The notes under the pieces: model-generated
The model's database searches: none
What the model saw: the letters and a program-made list of their open reading frames with translations, nothing else
What the model was told of the DNA's origin: nothing
Program-made: the position numbers and the translations under genes
Origin: Ginkgo biloba
Lineage: Eukaryota; Plantae; Ginkgophyta
Direction of reading: 5' to 3'
DNA: 19,142 bases
Assembly (NCBI GenBank): GCA_024626585.2
Contig: JANKJI020000002.1
Span: 87,160,072-87,179,213 of the forward strand
Shown here: positions 1-12,943 of the stretch, piece after piece
Layout: every line of letters starts with the position of its first letter
Position numbering within the stretch: position 1 is the first letter of the stretch

Positions 1-3000
1 AAGGAGAAAATTCAAAACTAATACCTATACCAAGAGGTAATGGAGGTAATACATGGTATGGAGAGTATATTAGTGATTGAATAATATTCATAAGAGAGGA
101 AGAGTAGTTATAAATAGAGAAGAATAAAGGATTTCTAAAGGTAGTATAAGATTTCTTGGTTTTGGAACCATTCTAATAAACTAAGAAGTGGTCTAAAGAT
201 GCTTAGGGATTGATGACATACAATATTCACAAAATGAGGAAGAGGATATATTGGATAGACTACCAAGAAAAATAGTAGATGATGGTTTTAGTATTAAGAT
301 TTAAATAGATGAACTACAAATAGCATGCATGGAGATACAAGAAAGAATATTCATAGGGAAGTTTAATGGACTTATTTTAGCATTATGGGTAATGTATAAA
401 TGGGATGAGATAGATTAGAGAGAATATATTAGGTGTGGTGAAATTTGAGAAGAAATAAAGGGGTTATTTTAATTTAAAAAAATCATTGATTCAATATCTA
501 AAAAAAAAATTGTTAGGAGGACCATAGTTTTTGGGGAACTCAGGGCTAACATTGTAAATATAGCATCCACTATTTATACCAACAGGACTAAATACACTAT
601 GGATACTAGTATGGGTGATATTTATATATATTCCTAGTTAAATTAAAAGGGTATAAGTGNNNNNNNNNNTATGTTTGGGATGGTTTTCAAACAGGATCCT
701 TTGACCATGAAAAAAATAACATGAGGGGTAGCAAAGATTTGTGTGGAAATTAATATGCCATAGCCACTAAAGGAATTGTTACAATAAGAGTAGGAATGCA
801 TAGTAATATAATTGAGGTGAATTATGAAATTATATCATTTAGGTGATATTTTTGTCATGAATTCAATCATATAAAAAAAATCATAAAAATTTATTGCCCA
901 CATAAGTTATGGTATCAAAACGTCAAGAATTATATATTCTAGATCAAAGAAATCAAGTAAAAAAAAAAAATTAAGAGAAAGTATAGATGATCTATAAAGA
1001 TTAATAATATAAGGAGTGTATTTGGGTGGGGGTGAAAATGTCTAGATAAGTCAAATTAGAGGCAATGTAAGAGAAATATTAGAAAGTTCTATAGTAGGAT
1101 CTTTATTTAGGGTGCCATATATAATGGAAGGACAATAGAAAGCATAAGTAAGATATTCATAATAAAATTCAACATGGTTGATGATAAATNNNNNNNNNNN
1201 NNNNNNNNNNNNNNNNNNNNNNNNNNNNNNNNNNNNNNNNNNNNNNNNNNNNNNNNNNNNNNNNNNNNNNNNNNNNNNNNNNNNNNNNNAAATATCCTAA
1301 CAAGATTGGAAGTAAAACAAAAAGAGCATTCAAAAGAAAAGAAACATAGAATAGTAGATTTTGACCATGATTTTAATGTGAGAAGGGTAGGAATGTAGAG
1401 ACAAGATGAAGATGCAAAAGTGCAAGTGGTAGGAATGGAACAACATAGAACATTCTAGGATGTTATATATAGTATGATAAAAGATTTATCTAAATAATTA
1501 ACACATAATGTGAAGGATAAACCACCTTATATACATACAAATAAAGGGTTAATGATATAAGGTACATAATCAAACATGACAAAAAGGTTAAAATATTATC
1601 ATTTTTCTTTTGGGAGTATTTTCATAAAATTTGAAATGGATTATAATTTTTAAAGTTAAAATGTTACAAGGATAAGAAAAAATAATTACATGGATATAAA
1701 ATTACTAGTAATAATATGGTATCATATTAATATATTTTTTATAGAGACTCAACTCCATAATACATAGATGGAAAGAATTACAAGGCATATTTGGCATGTA
1801 GCACTTTATGTGGATGAAAACATAAGAATGAGTAGATGTAGAGTCCTAATAATGTGGTATGAGAAAAAATACAAAGAGATAGTCAAGTTGAAAAGTGATG
1901 AGATGGCTCCTTTCAAGAAGGGATTAGTGACATAAAATCTCATAGGAATTTACACCCTAGTGATTAATAAGGATGGAAGGGGTTTTTAGACTAGTTTAGA
2001 AGCTTAAGTATTAATAAATACTCTATCATGACCACATGACAGTTTTTGGAGACTTTAATTTCATAGAATTAGTAGTGGACAAGAAAGGAGGACTAATAAT
2101 ATTGTAATAGGAATATTTTAAGCATAAAGGGATAATGGGATTTAGTATAATGAAAATGGTGAGTTCAAATTCGATACACTCTAACAAATAGATCATTAGG
2201 AGTTATAAATGTGAAATAAATATTATATTGGGTGAATATGCCATAAGAATTAAAAAATAAAATAATAGATCGCCACTACAAAATAGTGGAGATAATAGAT
2301 CCCTCTCACCATGTTTGAGTATTATTCTAATATAATACCAAAAAGAGGAGAATAGGTTCAATAAATTTAGCATATAAATNNNNNNNNNNNNNNNNNNNNN
2401 NNNNNNNNNNNNNNNNNNNNNNNNNNNNNNNNNNNNNNNNNNNNNNNNNNNNNNNNNNNNNNNNNNNNNNNNNNNNNNNNNNNNNNNNNNNNNNNNNNNN
2501 NNNNNNNNNNNNNNNNNNNNNNNNNNNNNNNNNNNNNNNNNNNNNNNNNNNNNNNNNNNNNNNNNNNNNNNNNNNNNNNNNNNNNNNNNNNNNNNNNNNN
2601 NNNNNNNTACAAGAAGATCAATGTAATTAGTAGACAAATTGAAAAGAATATCAACAAAACTAGAAGATATGAATAAAGAAACAATGAAAAAATTTAAAAC
2701 ATGGACAAAGATTAGATAGAATAATCAAGGTGATAAACATATAGAATTCTTCAATTATATTGCTAAAGGGGAAAAAAACTTAAATAATATATACAATATG
2801 ATCATTAAGAATGGACAAATCATAGTATATGAGGATGACTTTCAAAATGAAGTGGTGGACTTTTATTGTAATATATGGAAAAGAAGTGGATAGGGTATAA
2901 GAAAAGCTTAGGCACAAAGAATAATGTTGGTTGCATTAATTCAAATGGATGAAAATGAAATAAAAGTCAGAGACCCCTATATGTGAATAAATGGAACATG

Positions 3001-3736
3001 TTTTCAAGAACATTCCAGAGGGAAATAACTAACATGTGATGGTTTTCTCACTAAATTTTATAAATCACTAGTTGAGGATAGAATATTCCACTATTTATTG
3101 AGGTATTTATATAAATCCAATCCATATGGTGCTCGCATATAGGAATTAATGCAACATTAATAATACTAGTGCTAAAAAATATGATTGAATAAATCAAACA
3201 TTGGAGGCCAATTAGATTATGTGATTTATCATATAGGACATTAACTAAGTTGGTAGTGAATAATATTAGACATACTCTTCTATACATGGTCTCCTTAAAC
3301 TAGAATGCATTTTCCAAATGTAGGAATATACTGGACAACATCACAATGGTCATAGAAGTCTTGCACAAAAAGATGAAGGAAGNNNNNNNNNNAAAAATAG
3401 GAAATTGATATTGATGAAGATAGATATAGTTAAAGTATATGATAGGATGGAATGGTATTTTTTATTTCAAGTCTTGAAACATAAGTGTATATCATGGGAA
3501 AAAGTTTTATAGATTTTTGTAAAATTTTATAGATTCTATTATTCTAATAAATAGGAAAAACTCAAATAACTTTACTTGTATTAGAGGAGTATTATAACCA
3601 TACTCATATATTCTCATGATAGATGCTTCCTCTTCATTATTTCATAAGCTACAAGAGGCTTAGATTCTTACTAGATTTGAAATAGTTAATACAATGGGAT
3701 ATACAAATCATTTTTTTGTAGACAACCTTATTCTAA
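1..3736 (+). mobile_element. Degenerate L1-clade LINE (ORF1 plus ORF2 endonuclease/reverse transcriptase relics); both ends unresolved
   Basis: Manual translation gives ordered, stop- and frameshift-ridden motifs. ORF1: AKICVEINMP*PL (731-769, cf. ARICVEIDLxKPL) and IEVNYEIISFR*YFCHEFNHIKKN (811-882, zinc knuckle). Endonuclease: VFGDFN...DKKGG (2042-2092). RT: GDKHIEFFNYIA (~2729), DGFLTKFYK (~3038), INATLIILV, WRPIRLCD (3202), RNILDNI, KIDIVKVYDRMEW (3417) and HFFVDNLIL (3709-3735, decayed FADD box). The sense strand is purine-rich, as typical of LINEs. Confidence 0.88.
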
Positions 3737-3899
3737 NNNNNNNNNNNNNNNNNNNNNNNNNNNNNNNNNNNNNNNNNNNNNNNNNNNNNNNNNNNNNNNN
3801 NNNNNNNNNNNNNNNNNNNNNNNNNNNNNNNNNNNNTTCCATTTTTTACCAATCACACTTTGGTTTAAAATGAAAAATTTTACATGACATCACTAGATC

Positions 3900-5028
3900 A
3901 CATCAAGAGTACCTTAGGCCACTATCTAATACACCCTCATGATGATGTTGAGTCTAGTTATCTTCATTCATCCTCCTCTAGACCATGCCTTGAGAATCTC
4001 TACTATGACTAGATTAGGTAGGTACATTAGCCATCCAACTCAAAATCTCTACCTTCCCTTGTAAGTGTGCTACCTCCTTCTCCAACGTCTCACGTTGAGA
4101 CTCATAATAGTCTCAATCCCTCATAACTATAGAAAATACATTAATGAAGGGTCTAGCTAAAGTAGGCAATACTATTTCCATTGGTAGATCATTCAAATCA
4201 TCAAACACAAAGATAAAAATATCATCTAGACTTTATCTCACCTAAACTACAGATATCATACGAGTATCTACACATATACATAAATAATTAGTAACTCGTA
4301 CATCTAAAATAAAGATAAGTATAAAGGATAGGAATGTAATAATTAGAAATACAAATGCATACCTCTAGGGGGACCTCTCAGGCTACCATGTGCCTCACAT
4401 TTCTCATCTTGACCTTGCATCCCCTTGCTAATAACTTTGAGGGTGCACTCTCATAAACCTCTCTAAGAGGATTTCTTACATCCTGAGCTAATCTATGTGA
4501 TTATCCTCCTTGTTCCACTCCTCCTACTCCACCAACCTCATGAGGAACTAGTGCTCCTCTGCCTACCATATCACCTCTAAAGGATGCCATGTCATTTCTT
4601 ATCATCCTCTTCTAGTATGTCTACAACTAAGTCCTAGTCCATGTATGTATATGGGTCCATCACCCATGTGTCATCTCTCAAAGATATAAAATCTATTCAA
4701 AAACCTCCCTTTCATTTATGAGAAGGTTGATGAGGTGATGATCTCGATATCATCTACCGTCTAATCATCAAAGGGTCATTTGGGTCTATAGGCAATGATA
4801 CAAATATAGTCAAACAAAAGGCATAAAAATGCTCAAAAAGATAAACTTGTACTAAGAAACTATAGCTCAAAGTCCTATGACCTCTATTACATATATAATC
4901 TAGTTGGTTGATCAGTGCATCTAGGACATACTACACCCAATTGAACCATATCCCCTTAATAAATCTCCTAATCATCAGTACATAAGAATAGGGGATCCCA
5001 CTCAAAGTTTTGGCTATGGGATATTCGA
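3900..5028 (-). pseudogene. Plant Mobile Domain (PMD, aminotransferase-like) transposon-associated gene relic with C-terminal coiled coil and a probable intron
   Basis: Minus strand 4945-4826 reads FNWV*YVLDALINQLDYICNRGHRTLSYSFLVQVYLFEHF, matching the PMD pattern WxxxVLAxLYxxL...LLQxWxxEHF. TWVMDPY (~4669-4649) resembles the PMD WxPY motif. There is an AT-rich GTATGC...TTTAG intron candidate at 4362-4242, followed by a heptad-like segment DYYESQRETLEKEVAHLQGKVE (~4095-4030). Boundaries are approximate. Confidence 0.62.
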
Positions 5029-5569
5029 NNNNNNNNNNNNNNNNNNNNNNNNNNNNNNNNNNNNNNNNNNNNNNNNNNNNNNNNNNNNNNNNNNNNNNNN
5101 NNNNNNNNNNNNNNNNNNNNNNNNNNNNTCTTAAAATTTTAATATTTTTTACTTATTCTAAACTCGAATCATATACAAACTAATTATAAGGAATTATATA
5201 TGAAGTGCATATAAAGGTAAACTAATTCCTTAAAAATAGTTTATAAATGTACCTTTGTAAGAGAAAAAATAAAATCTTGTCAGATAGTGAATAATTACAT
5301 GTGATCAATTCTTTTATTTCAATTATATGTCAAATTTAGGAAAATTACATCCCTTATGATAGTATATTATATGAGGGTTGAATCACACATAAGCCTGAAA
5401 ATTCATATGAATTTATAAAATTTGCATATAATAAGAGTGATAGAGTATACTATCATAAGTGGATAAATAAGAGTTTATTTCCTAGTATGTTCATCATTAT
5501 ACCATTTTTAGGAGTGGACCCAAGCATAAAACCCTCTTATTAACTACCTATATTAGACTATGTTTGTGA

Positions 5570-5880
5570 CTATGGTGTATAAAATAAAGATAAATGGTTC
5601 CAAATGCTTTTGTACAAGGAAGCATGCATAGTTTAGCAATAGTATCCTGGATCATTGCCTAATGTATACTTTATTAACTGGTGAGATTTTATTGATCTCG
5701 ATGTTTGCAAGTGGTTAGAATTATAAGAGATACTTAAAATTCAAACACTCAAGTCAATGAACTAGAAATATAAGAAAAACCCAAAGGAGAAATATTATGT
5801 GAATAAATTATAAATATGAGATGCTCAAATGTAGATAAGCTATGACATGGAGGTGAAGATCACCTATATAAATTTTAATA
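5570..5880 (+). mobile_element. Possible highly eroded Ty1/Copia RT fragment
   Basis: VYKIK at ~5575 (cf. WVYKIK) and MEVKITYIN at ~5847 (cf. MDVKTAFLN) occur in the correct order. Nothing else is recognisable. Confidence 0.25.
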
Positions 5881-7022
5881 TAAAATAAAATAAATAAGAG
5901 TGAAAAAATAAAGAGATTAGATCGAGGATTCTCCATATTCCTAGTGGCTTGGTATGTCCTTAAAAATTATCTCTTAGTCTTCTCCTTTGCAATAATATTT
6001 TGGTCGTTCATAATCATTCACATTACATTCTTTAGGGAGAAAGGGTCATGAAATTATTCCTAAAATCATATATGTCATTAAGGTTCTTAATGTATAGAGT
6101 TTCCTTATAGAATGTGTCTTTTCCTTAAAGATATAAGTATTGTAAAATTTCCTTAAAGGGTTTTCTTCCNNNNNNNNNNNNNNNNNNNNNNNNNNNNNNN
6201 NNNNNNNNNNNNNNNNNNNNNNNNNNNNNNNNNNNNNNNNNNNNNNNNNNNNNNNNNNNNNNNNNNNNNNNNNNNNNNNNNNNNNNNNNNNNNNNNNNNN
6301 NNNNNNNNNNNNNNNNNNNNNNNNNNNNNNNNNNNNNNNNNNNNNNNNNNNNNNNNNNNNNNNNNNNNNNNNNNNNNNNNNNNNNNNNNNNNNNNNNNNN
6401 NNNNAATTTTAGGAGAAACATTGCCCTCTAGTGAATTTTACTATAGTCAAATGTAGGTGATGTAAATAACCTTTAGACTAAAGTATTATTACAAATTGAG
6501 GTGCCAATTTTAGTTATAACACTCTAATGTCTTTACACTTTTGCAAACCATATGGAGATCTATACCTAACTATAATGACCTATTATTCCTTTCTAGAATG
6601 TCTAGTTTTTTATCACACTTAAACTCTAATATGTTTCCTATTGTATTACAGTAGGTAGAGAATGTAGATTATAAAATATATATAATAACATGCTTTAAAA
6701 AAAAATTATATTTAAATCCCAAACTTTTTGCATGAACAAATCTCTAAATTCTATATAAAATAATCCCCATCCTCTTTATATATATTTCTTTATATGATTT
6801 CATATCCTAAGATTATTTTATTTTATGATTCATATGTTATATGATGAAATAAGAGTAAAAACTAAACCTATAGTTATCTCAAATTTTACTAAAATAACTA
6901 TGAAAACCTTCTGTATTATCATCCAAATTCCCACCTAATAACATCAGGGTATCACAATTTGTTTATATTATATGTTACCTCTTAGCATAACCAATTTATT
7001 AATATTAAATATTTAACTATTA

Positions 7023-7514
7023 TGTAAATCCCCTTTCACCTAAGTTCATATATAATAATAATTTATATATCAATTATTAAATTTCCTATTATTTCTACCT
7101 CCTAAAACTTAAATCATAGAACATAACCTTAATTAATTATCATAATTTAGTTACCTAATTGGAAGTTCCATTTGAGTTCACTAGTTAATTAATTAGAATA
7201 ATGAAGTGATCACTTATTTTAATAGAAAGAATCATGTATATTAATTAACCTAACTTTAGTCAATAATATTTTATTTGAGGCTAATGGGCTAGAACACTCA
7301 ATGGCACTTTGTTAGGGTTTGACCCTATATAGTTTATGATGAATTTATGGTAGAGATGGATATCTGATGGATTTATAGAGTTTCTCTCCTATAATTTTAG
7401 ATTTAGCATTGACAACTTCTCAATTTCATGTGATTAGCTTGATCATTTTAGCTTGATTTTCTTAGTCCTCCTCAGGTTATGGGTTGTATTTACTACTCTT
7501 ATTGGGGTATTATA
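7023..7514 (+). mobile_element. Candidate solo LTR (~490 bp)
   Basis: Starts TGTAAATCCCC and ends GGGGTATTATA, an imperfect terminal inverted repeat resembling Gypsy TGTAAYACCC...GGGTRTTACA ends with CA>TA decay. Internal TAGGGTTT and CCCTATATAG (TATA-like) lie at ~7313-7332. Flanks TATTA/GATTT are not a clean target-site duplication. Confidence 0.42.
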
Positions 7515-8400
7515 GATTTAGCATCTCTTATTTATGGGGTTTTATCTATGTGATGCCACTATGTTCTTGGTTTCTACTCTCTCATCCTGTTAAAGGGATC
7601 TTCCCATCTTTGACTTTGCAAGCTTCATAGTCTATGGTGGATGGCAATTGATTTCTACTTTATATTTCTAGTTCTTAACTCATTGAAGGGTATTTTTTTT
7701 TATTTCAACGTGTTCAATGGTTTTATGAATCCATCATCTTATAGATGTCTTTATTTCTCTATTGCGATTTATTCAAGGATTTTGTGCCTCCTTTAGTCTT
7801 GAGGTTTTTTGTGGTTGATAGTGGAGAGCTCACAAGTGTGGGGTTATTTTTTTAGAGTCTATCTCTGCTTCCTTAGTTACCAGGTAGTATGGAGATAATA
7901 GTGATAGATCCACATTTTGCTAGTATTTATCCATATCCTTGCTTCTACTATTTCTTGGTATTTCTTACTGAGGGTTTTATGTCCCTCTAATATCTACCAA
8001 AAGGTTTATGTTTTGACCCCTCTAGCACTATTATCTTCCTGCAATTTTGTTTGAGTTCTTAACTAGTGTTAGGTCAAGCTCTAGAGACAATATTTCCTCT
8101 ATGTTCTTTAAATAAGGTAGTTTGTTTAGGGTCAATAGCTATTGATTTTAGAAGTGGCTACTAGGCAGTATGGAGGTAACATCAATGACCAACCATATGG
8201 GACTCATTCAAGATTCCAATAATGATTTCAGAAATGATCTTTATTTTATAATCTAGTATATTTAGGTTTTTAGTATTTTTTATATTCTAGGATATGTAAA
8301 TCTATTGGTACCCTACATGATAACCAAAGTTTCTTGAGTTTAAATAATTTTATGAAGATTATCTAATTTACTAGACGAAGAGGTTTTGTTAAGGCTACTA
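7515..8400 (-). mobile_element. Possible second LINE ORF1 fragment (antisense)
   Basis: The minus strand is A/purine-rich and carries SPIWL..LPP, KSIA..DP and LELDL-like fragments at ~8205-8065, in the order expected for plant LINE ORF1. Very degraded. Confidence 0.3.
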
Positions 8401-11400
8401 AAGTAACTAATTTATAAAACTAAAATCTCAAATGTTATATAATATAAAATTTGTTAGGGTGAAACCCTCCTTTTCTAATTAAAAAAAAAAGAATACTATA
8501 GTTNNNNNNNNNNNNNNNNNNNNNNNNNNNNNNNNNNNNNNNNNNNNNNNNNNNNNNNNNNNNNNNNNNNNNNNNNNNNNNNNNNNNNNNNNNNNNNNNN
8601 NNNGAATTAATTCATGCTGCATTTATGGATTAGACATATGATCATTGACACATTTGCTTTGAAGTAGACTTGAAACAAAGAGCACTTTAAAATATCTAGT
8701 TAGATATCTTCATTAATAATATATCTTTTAGGAAGATAAATAATTATATTATTTTATTTGTGATGATAATACTTATCTTTGATTATGTTGGGCATGACAA
8801 GATCTAGTTTCCCAAATCTTTTGAGTTTATCCCTACCCCTACCTCTATGATCATGAAAAGATTCTTCTTTATTGTTATAAAAATTGATGTAATGATCGAG
8901 GTATTAACCTTAACTATTATTTAACTTCAAAATTTTTTTAAGGTTGTGATATACTATAAATCTTACCATACGAGCTTACTCGATAAAGTTGTTACTGCTA
9001 GTATGGTAGTTGTATAGCAATATAACTAACTATTAGTCGTNNNNNNNNNNNNNNNNNNNNNNNNNNNNNNNNNNNNNNNNNNNNNNNNNNNNNNNNNNNN
9101 NNGCTCAAAAATTTTGGGAGAAGGAGTTATAACTATTAGTCTATAACACAGTTAGAAAAGTATTTCACTATTAGCTTGTTATCATTTATTGATAGTAATC
9201 AACTATATAGACATATCATCCAGCATTATATTATACTATAGGACTATAATTTATTTTATAATATAATAGAATTATGGTTTCTACCATAAAATATTAAATA
9301 TGAGCCTTATTATTTTCTTTTTATGTTAATTATTATATCTTCNNNNNNNNNNNNNNNNNNNNNNNNNNNNNNNNNNNNNNNNNNNNNNNNNNNNNNNNNN
9401 NNNNNNNNNNNNNNNNNNNNNNGTGGAGGAATTATATAGTACATATATAACAACTGGTATCATAGTGATAATAAGTGCGATACTAACATCTAATAGAGTG
9501 GTACCACCAGTGCTAACATTAGTTCCATTGCCAAGACAAACTGAGTTATGGTGATCCTTGGTGGATATTATCAAAAGAGAAATATGAACCTAAATATCAA
9601 AGTGAGTAGGATGAATATTGGAATGAAGAAAAATATGAGTTGGGTGAGATAAATACATGAGTTTTAGTGGAAAAAGANNNNNNNNNNNNNNNNNNNNNNN
9701 NNNNNNNNNGAAAGATAGTGAGAATTAGACCACTAAACATTAAGCCATCAATAAAGGGAATGAGTGAAATGGAAAGATTGACAACTCTTGTGATTATATA
9801 GAGCAATAGTATTTTGATGGGAATGACTTAAAATGGAGTTTATATATGTCAAACCATTTTTTCATCATTAATACTATGGCTAAAATGAAAGGAATCGCCA
9901 AGGAGGATGAGTTTAAGTGATAGTACATGTTGNNNNNNNNNNNNNNNNNNNNNNNNNNNNNNNNNNNNNNNNNNNNNNNNNNNNNNNNNNNNNNNNNNNN
10001 NNNNNNNNNNNNNNNNNNNNNNNNNNNNNNNNATCCACCTCCATCTCATTCAGTTATCTTCTCCCCTTCCTTAGGTTCTGAAGGTAATGACTCTAAATTT
10101 TGGTCACACTTTAGATCCTTAATTTCATAAATATGTTTTACATTCTTCAAATCATAACCACATTGAATGGTTATATTTCAGAGTAAAGGATAAATGGAAA
10201 AAGAGACATAAGTTTTAGAAATTTAGTAAGTGTTTATTTTAAATGTATATGCATAATGAAATCCCACTCAGTTATCATAACACTCATATCATTTTAATGT
10301 ACAAATATAAATTAGCCATATAATGACAATCTTCATTTATAAATATAAAAATGATGTATAATTACTCCATGCATTTTCCATTATTACATATTAATGGCAT
10401 GCTACATATAAATGTAATATCCACTTATCATGTAACCAATATTTTTTAAATAGATAATTGTTTAATAGTATCATATTTCTTTAAATCATTATATGAAAAG
10501 GAATTAGGGAATATGCTCCTCACATATCAATAAGATTAATGGAAAAAATGGCATTTAAGACATTTGTTTACAACATTCAATTATAGTCCTATTATCTCTA
10601 GAAGAGGTCAATGAGAAATGAGTGTGCCCAAGTCTTAATTGACTAATAAGATAACAGTGTAAGGGATCAATGAGGAAATGTGAAAGGGGTATGTGGTTTG
10701 GATGTAGGTGGATTTTATGATTAATTCCTTTTAAGTGACTACCTTTTGTGATTAGATGGTTTAAGAACCCTTTCCCTTTTATATGGTAATATCAAATATA
10801 AACGAAACAACAACATAATAGCTAGTGATTAATATTTTGATTCATTTATTATTACTTGAATGGGAAACTCCTCTAAACTAGAGTTACATCCATAGAAAGC
10901 AAACCACTAAGATCATAATGGTTTCTAAAAAAGGGATTTATAAGTCTTATGACTTAAGAGACAACATATGACCATAAGTGCATAAAAACCCTAAAAACCA
11001 AGGTTGATCACCAAGTTTACACCATTAGTAGGTATTTATCATCTAGTAGATTGTGAGACATAAATTTTATTTGTTTTCAAGTTTATCCATTTTCTAGCTA
11101 TTAATTTGAGGCCACACCAAGATATTATTATTGGCGTGCCATCAATTAGGAGGGAACTATTTTTTGTTTCTATGGGGTCTAATCTTGTTGAGGAAATATG
11201 ACCATAATAAATCTATTTGAAATTTTTTACTATTATGGGGTTTTCTCTCACTAGATTCTCTTTCTTTTATTAGCTATGTGCTAATTGTAAACAATATATG
11301 TGCAAGGGAATATTACTATTCTAATTAGGCTTATTATTTTCATTGTTTATTATTTGTAAGGTTAGCATAGGCTGGTTTTAATATGCATGGCATGTTCCCA

Positions 11401-11469
11401 TTTAGAACCTTGCTATATTTGGCTAAGGATTCTAATATATAAGATCCTTTTTCCCTATGTGCTCACATG

Positions 11470-11516
11470 TTTGGATCTTTGGATCGTTGATCTTTTGGAA
11501 CTTTGGATCGTTGGTC
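11470..11516. repeat. Two-copy 24-bp-period tandem repeat
   Basis: TTTGGATCTTTGGATCGTTGATC (11470-11492) and TTTGGAACTTTGGATCGTTGGTC (11494-11516). It lies in the presumed LTR/leader upstream of the gag relic. Confidence 0.8.
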
Positions 11517-11966
11517 ATTATAACTTTTGTATATTGCACACTTTGATTAATACAGTGCTCTTGTTCTTTGTCCAATTTATTGTGGAGAGTTATGTTTGAG
11601 ATCTTGCCTTAAATATTTGATTAGCTAGATCTTTCTTTTAAAATCCTTTGAGTGCATAGGTTCCTTATTGAATTGTGTGCAAGTGATTTGGTAGCTCCAC
11701 GGGTTTGTGTAGGTTGTTATCTTAGGTTCACATGACTTCAAATTTTGTTCCAAGTGTTTCTTAGAATTTTGACTATCATATTGTGCTTCTACACACCATA
11801 CCATGCTTCTACACATCGTATCATTTTTCTGCGTTCTCTTGTAGCACGCATTTTCTACATTAAGGGATTCAATGGTATAGGTTTCTTCACTTACTCCACC
11901 TATATCCCCAATTTATTTTTTATCACACCATGTTGGTACAAGTTCATCATCACGTANNNNNNNNNN

Positions 11967-12612
11967 CTAGTTGGATATAACCCATTTGGAGTAGATTTTA
12001 ACATTGATATTAAGGTGTTTGATGGAAAGATGTATGTTAAGTCTTTGGAGACTAACATTCAAGCTTTGGAGGTGTATTTTTCAAGAGGTTTACATAAAGA
12101 GTTGAGACATGAGTTGGACATGTTTTCTCTTAACTCCATTCAAGAGGCCCATGGGTTTGCCTCTAATATTGAAGCTAAGAGAAAATCTTCTCATGGAGAT
12201 AAGGGAAAGGCCAATATGAAGGTTTCTCTTATTTCAAATTTCTCATCCACAAGAATGACTTCATCTAGTTCTTCTGCCACCTCTTTGAGTAGTGATGGAG
12301 ATAGNNNNNNNNNNNNNNNNNNNNNNNNNNNNNNNNNNNNNNNNNNNNNNNNNNNNGTTAAGGGCATGTTTGCATTATGGAAAAGGACATGACAAGGATC
12401 AATTCTATAAGCTTCATCCAAATAATGTACTAAAAATAAGACATTAGTATAAGCATGGAAGGAAGAGATAATTAATTAGTTTTATTGAGACTTCAAATGA
12501 GCTAAATCCTTTAATTAATATTATTAACACTAAGGGTAAGATAATTGGTAGGGATGGGCTCTTTACATTGCATATGCAGGTGAAGGGTGGAATAGTTTCT
12601 TGTATTCTTGGT
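11967..12612 (+). mobile_element. Ty3/Gypsy gag-protease relic (explains the 215-aa ORF 11745-12392)
   Basis: PFGVDFNIDIKVFDGKM...IQALEVYF (gag N-terminus), GLHKELRHELDMFSLNSIQEAHGFASNIEAK (gag C-terminal part), a decayed zinc knuckle CLHYGKGHDKDQFYKLHP (~12366-12420) and LFTLHMQVKGGIVSCILG (~12559-12612, just before the protease active-site motif, which would fall at the gap edge). Confidence 0.78.
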
Positions 12613-12848
12613 NNNNNNNNNNNNNNNNNNNNNNNNNNNNNNNNNNNNNNNNNNNNNNNNNNNNNNNNNNNNNNNNNNNNNNNNNNNNNNNNNNNNNNNN
12701 NNNNNNNNNNNNGATAGGAAGTTAAGTTGAAGATGTCTTGAAAGTAGTGAAAACATAAGAGAGAATGACTTTTAATGCACTTAAGTGACTACTATCCACT
12801 CCTGGTGGGGGTCACTAGAGGTTCTTGTCCAAACCATGTGAGTGATAC

Positions 12849-12943
12849 AAGGGGTATTTTTTATTAATAATTTTTAAAATTATATACAATGGGGTTAAGG
12901 GGTATTATTTTTAAAATTTATTTTGTATGTACAAATTGGGGTT
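12849..12943. repeat. Degenerate two-copy tandem duplication (~48 bp unit)
   Basis: AAGGGGTATT...TTTAAAATT...TACAA(A)TGGGGTT occurs twice in succession. Confidence 0.6.

Noticed and set aside
6461-6956. Second possible solo LTR (TGTAAATAACC...GGGTATCACA)
   Set aside because: Only the 3' end looks convincing. There is no target-site duplication and the terminal repeat is weak.
9423-9932. Purine-rich coding-like fragments between gaps
   Set aside because: Probably TE-derived, but no diagnostic motif could be identified.
1174-12756. ORF-track entries containing long X runs
   Set aside because: These are artefacts of N gaps suppressing stop codons.
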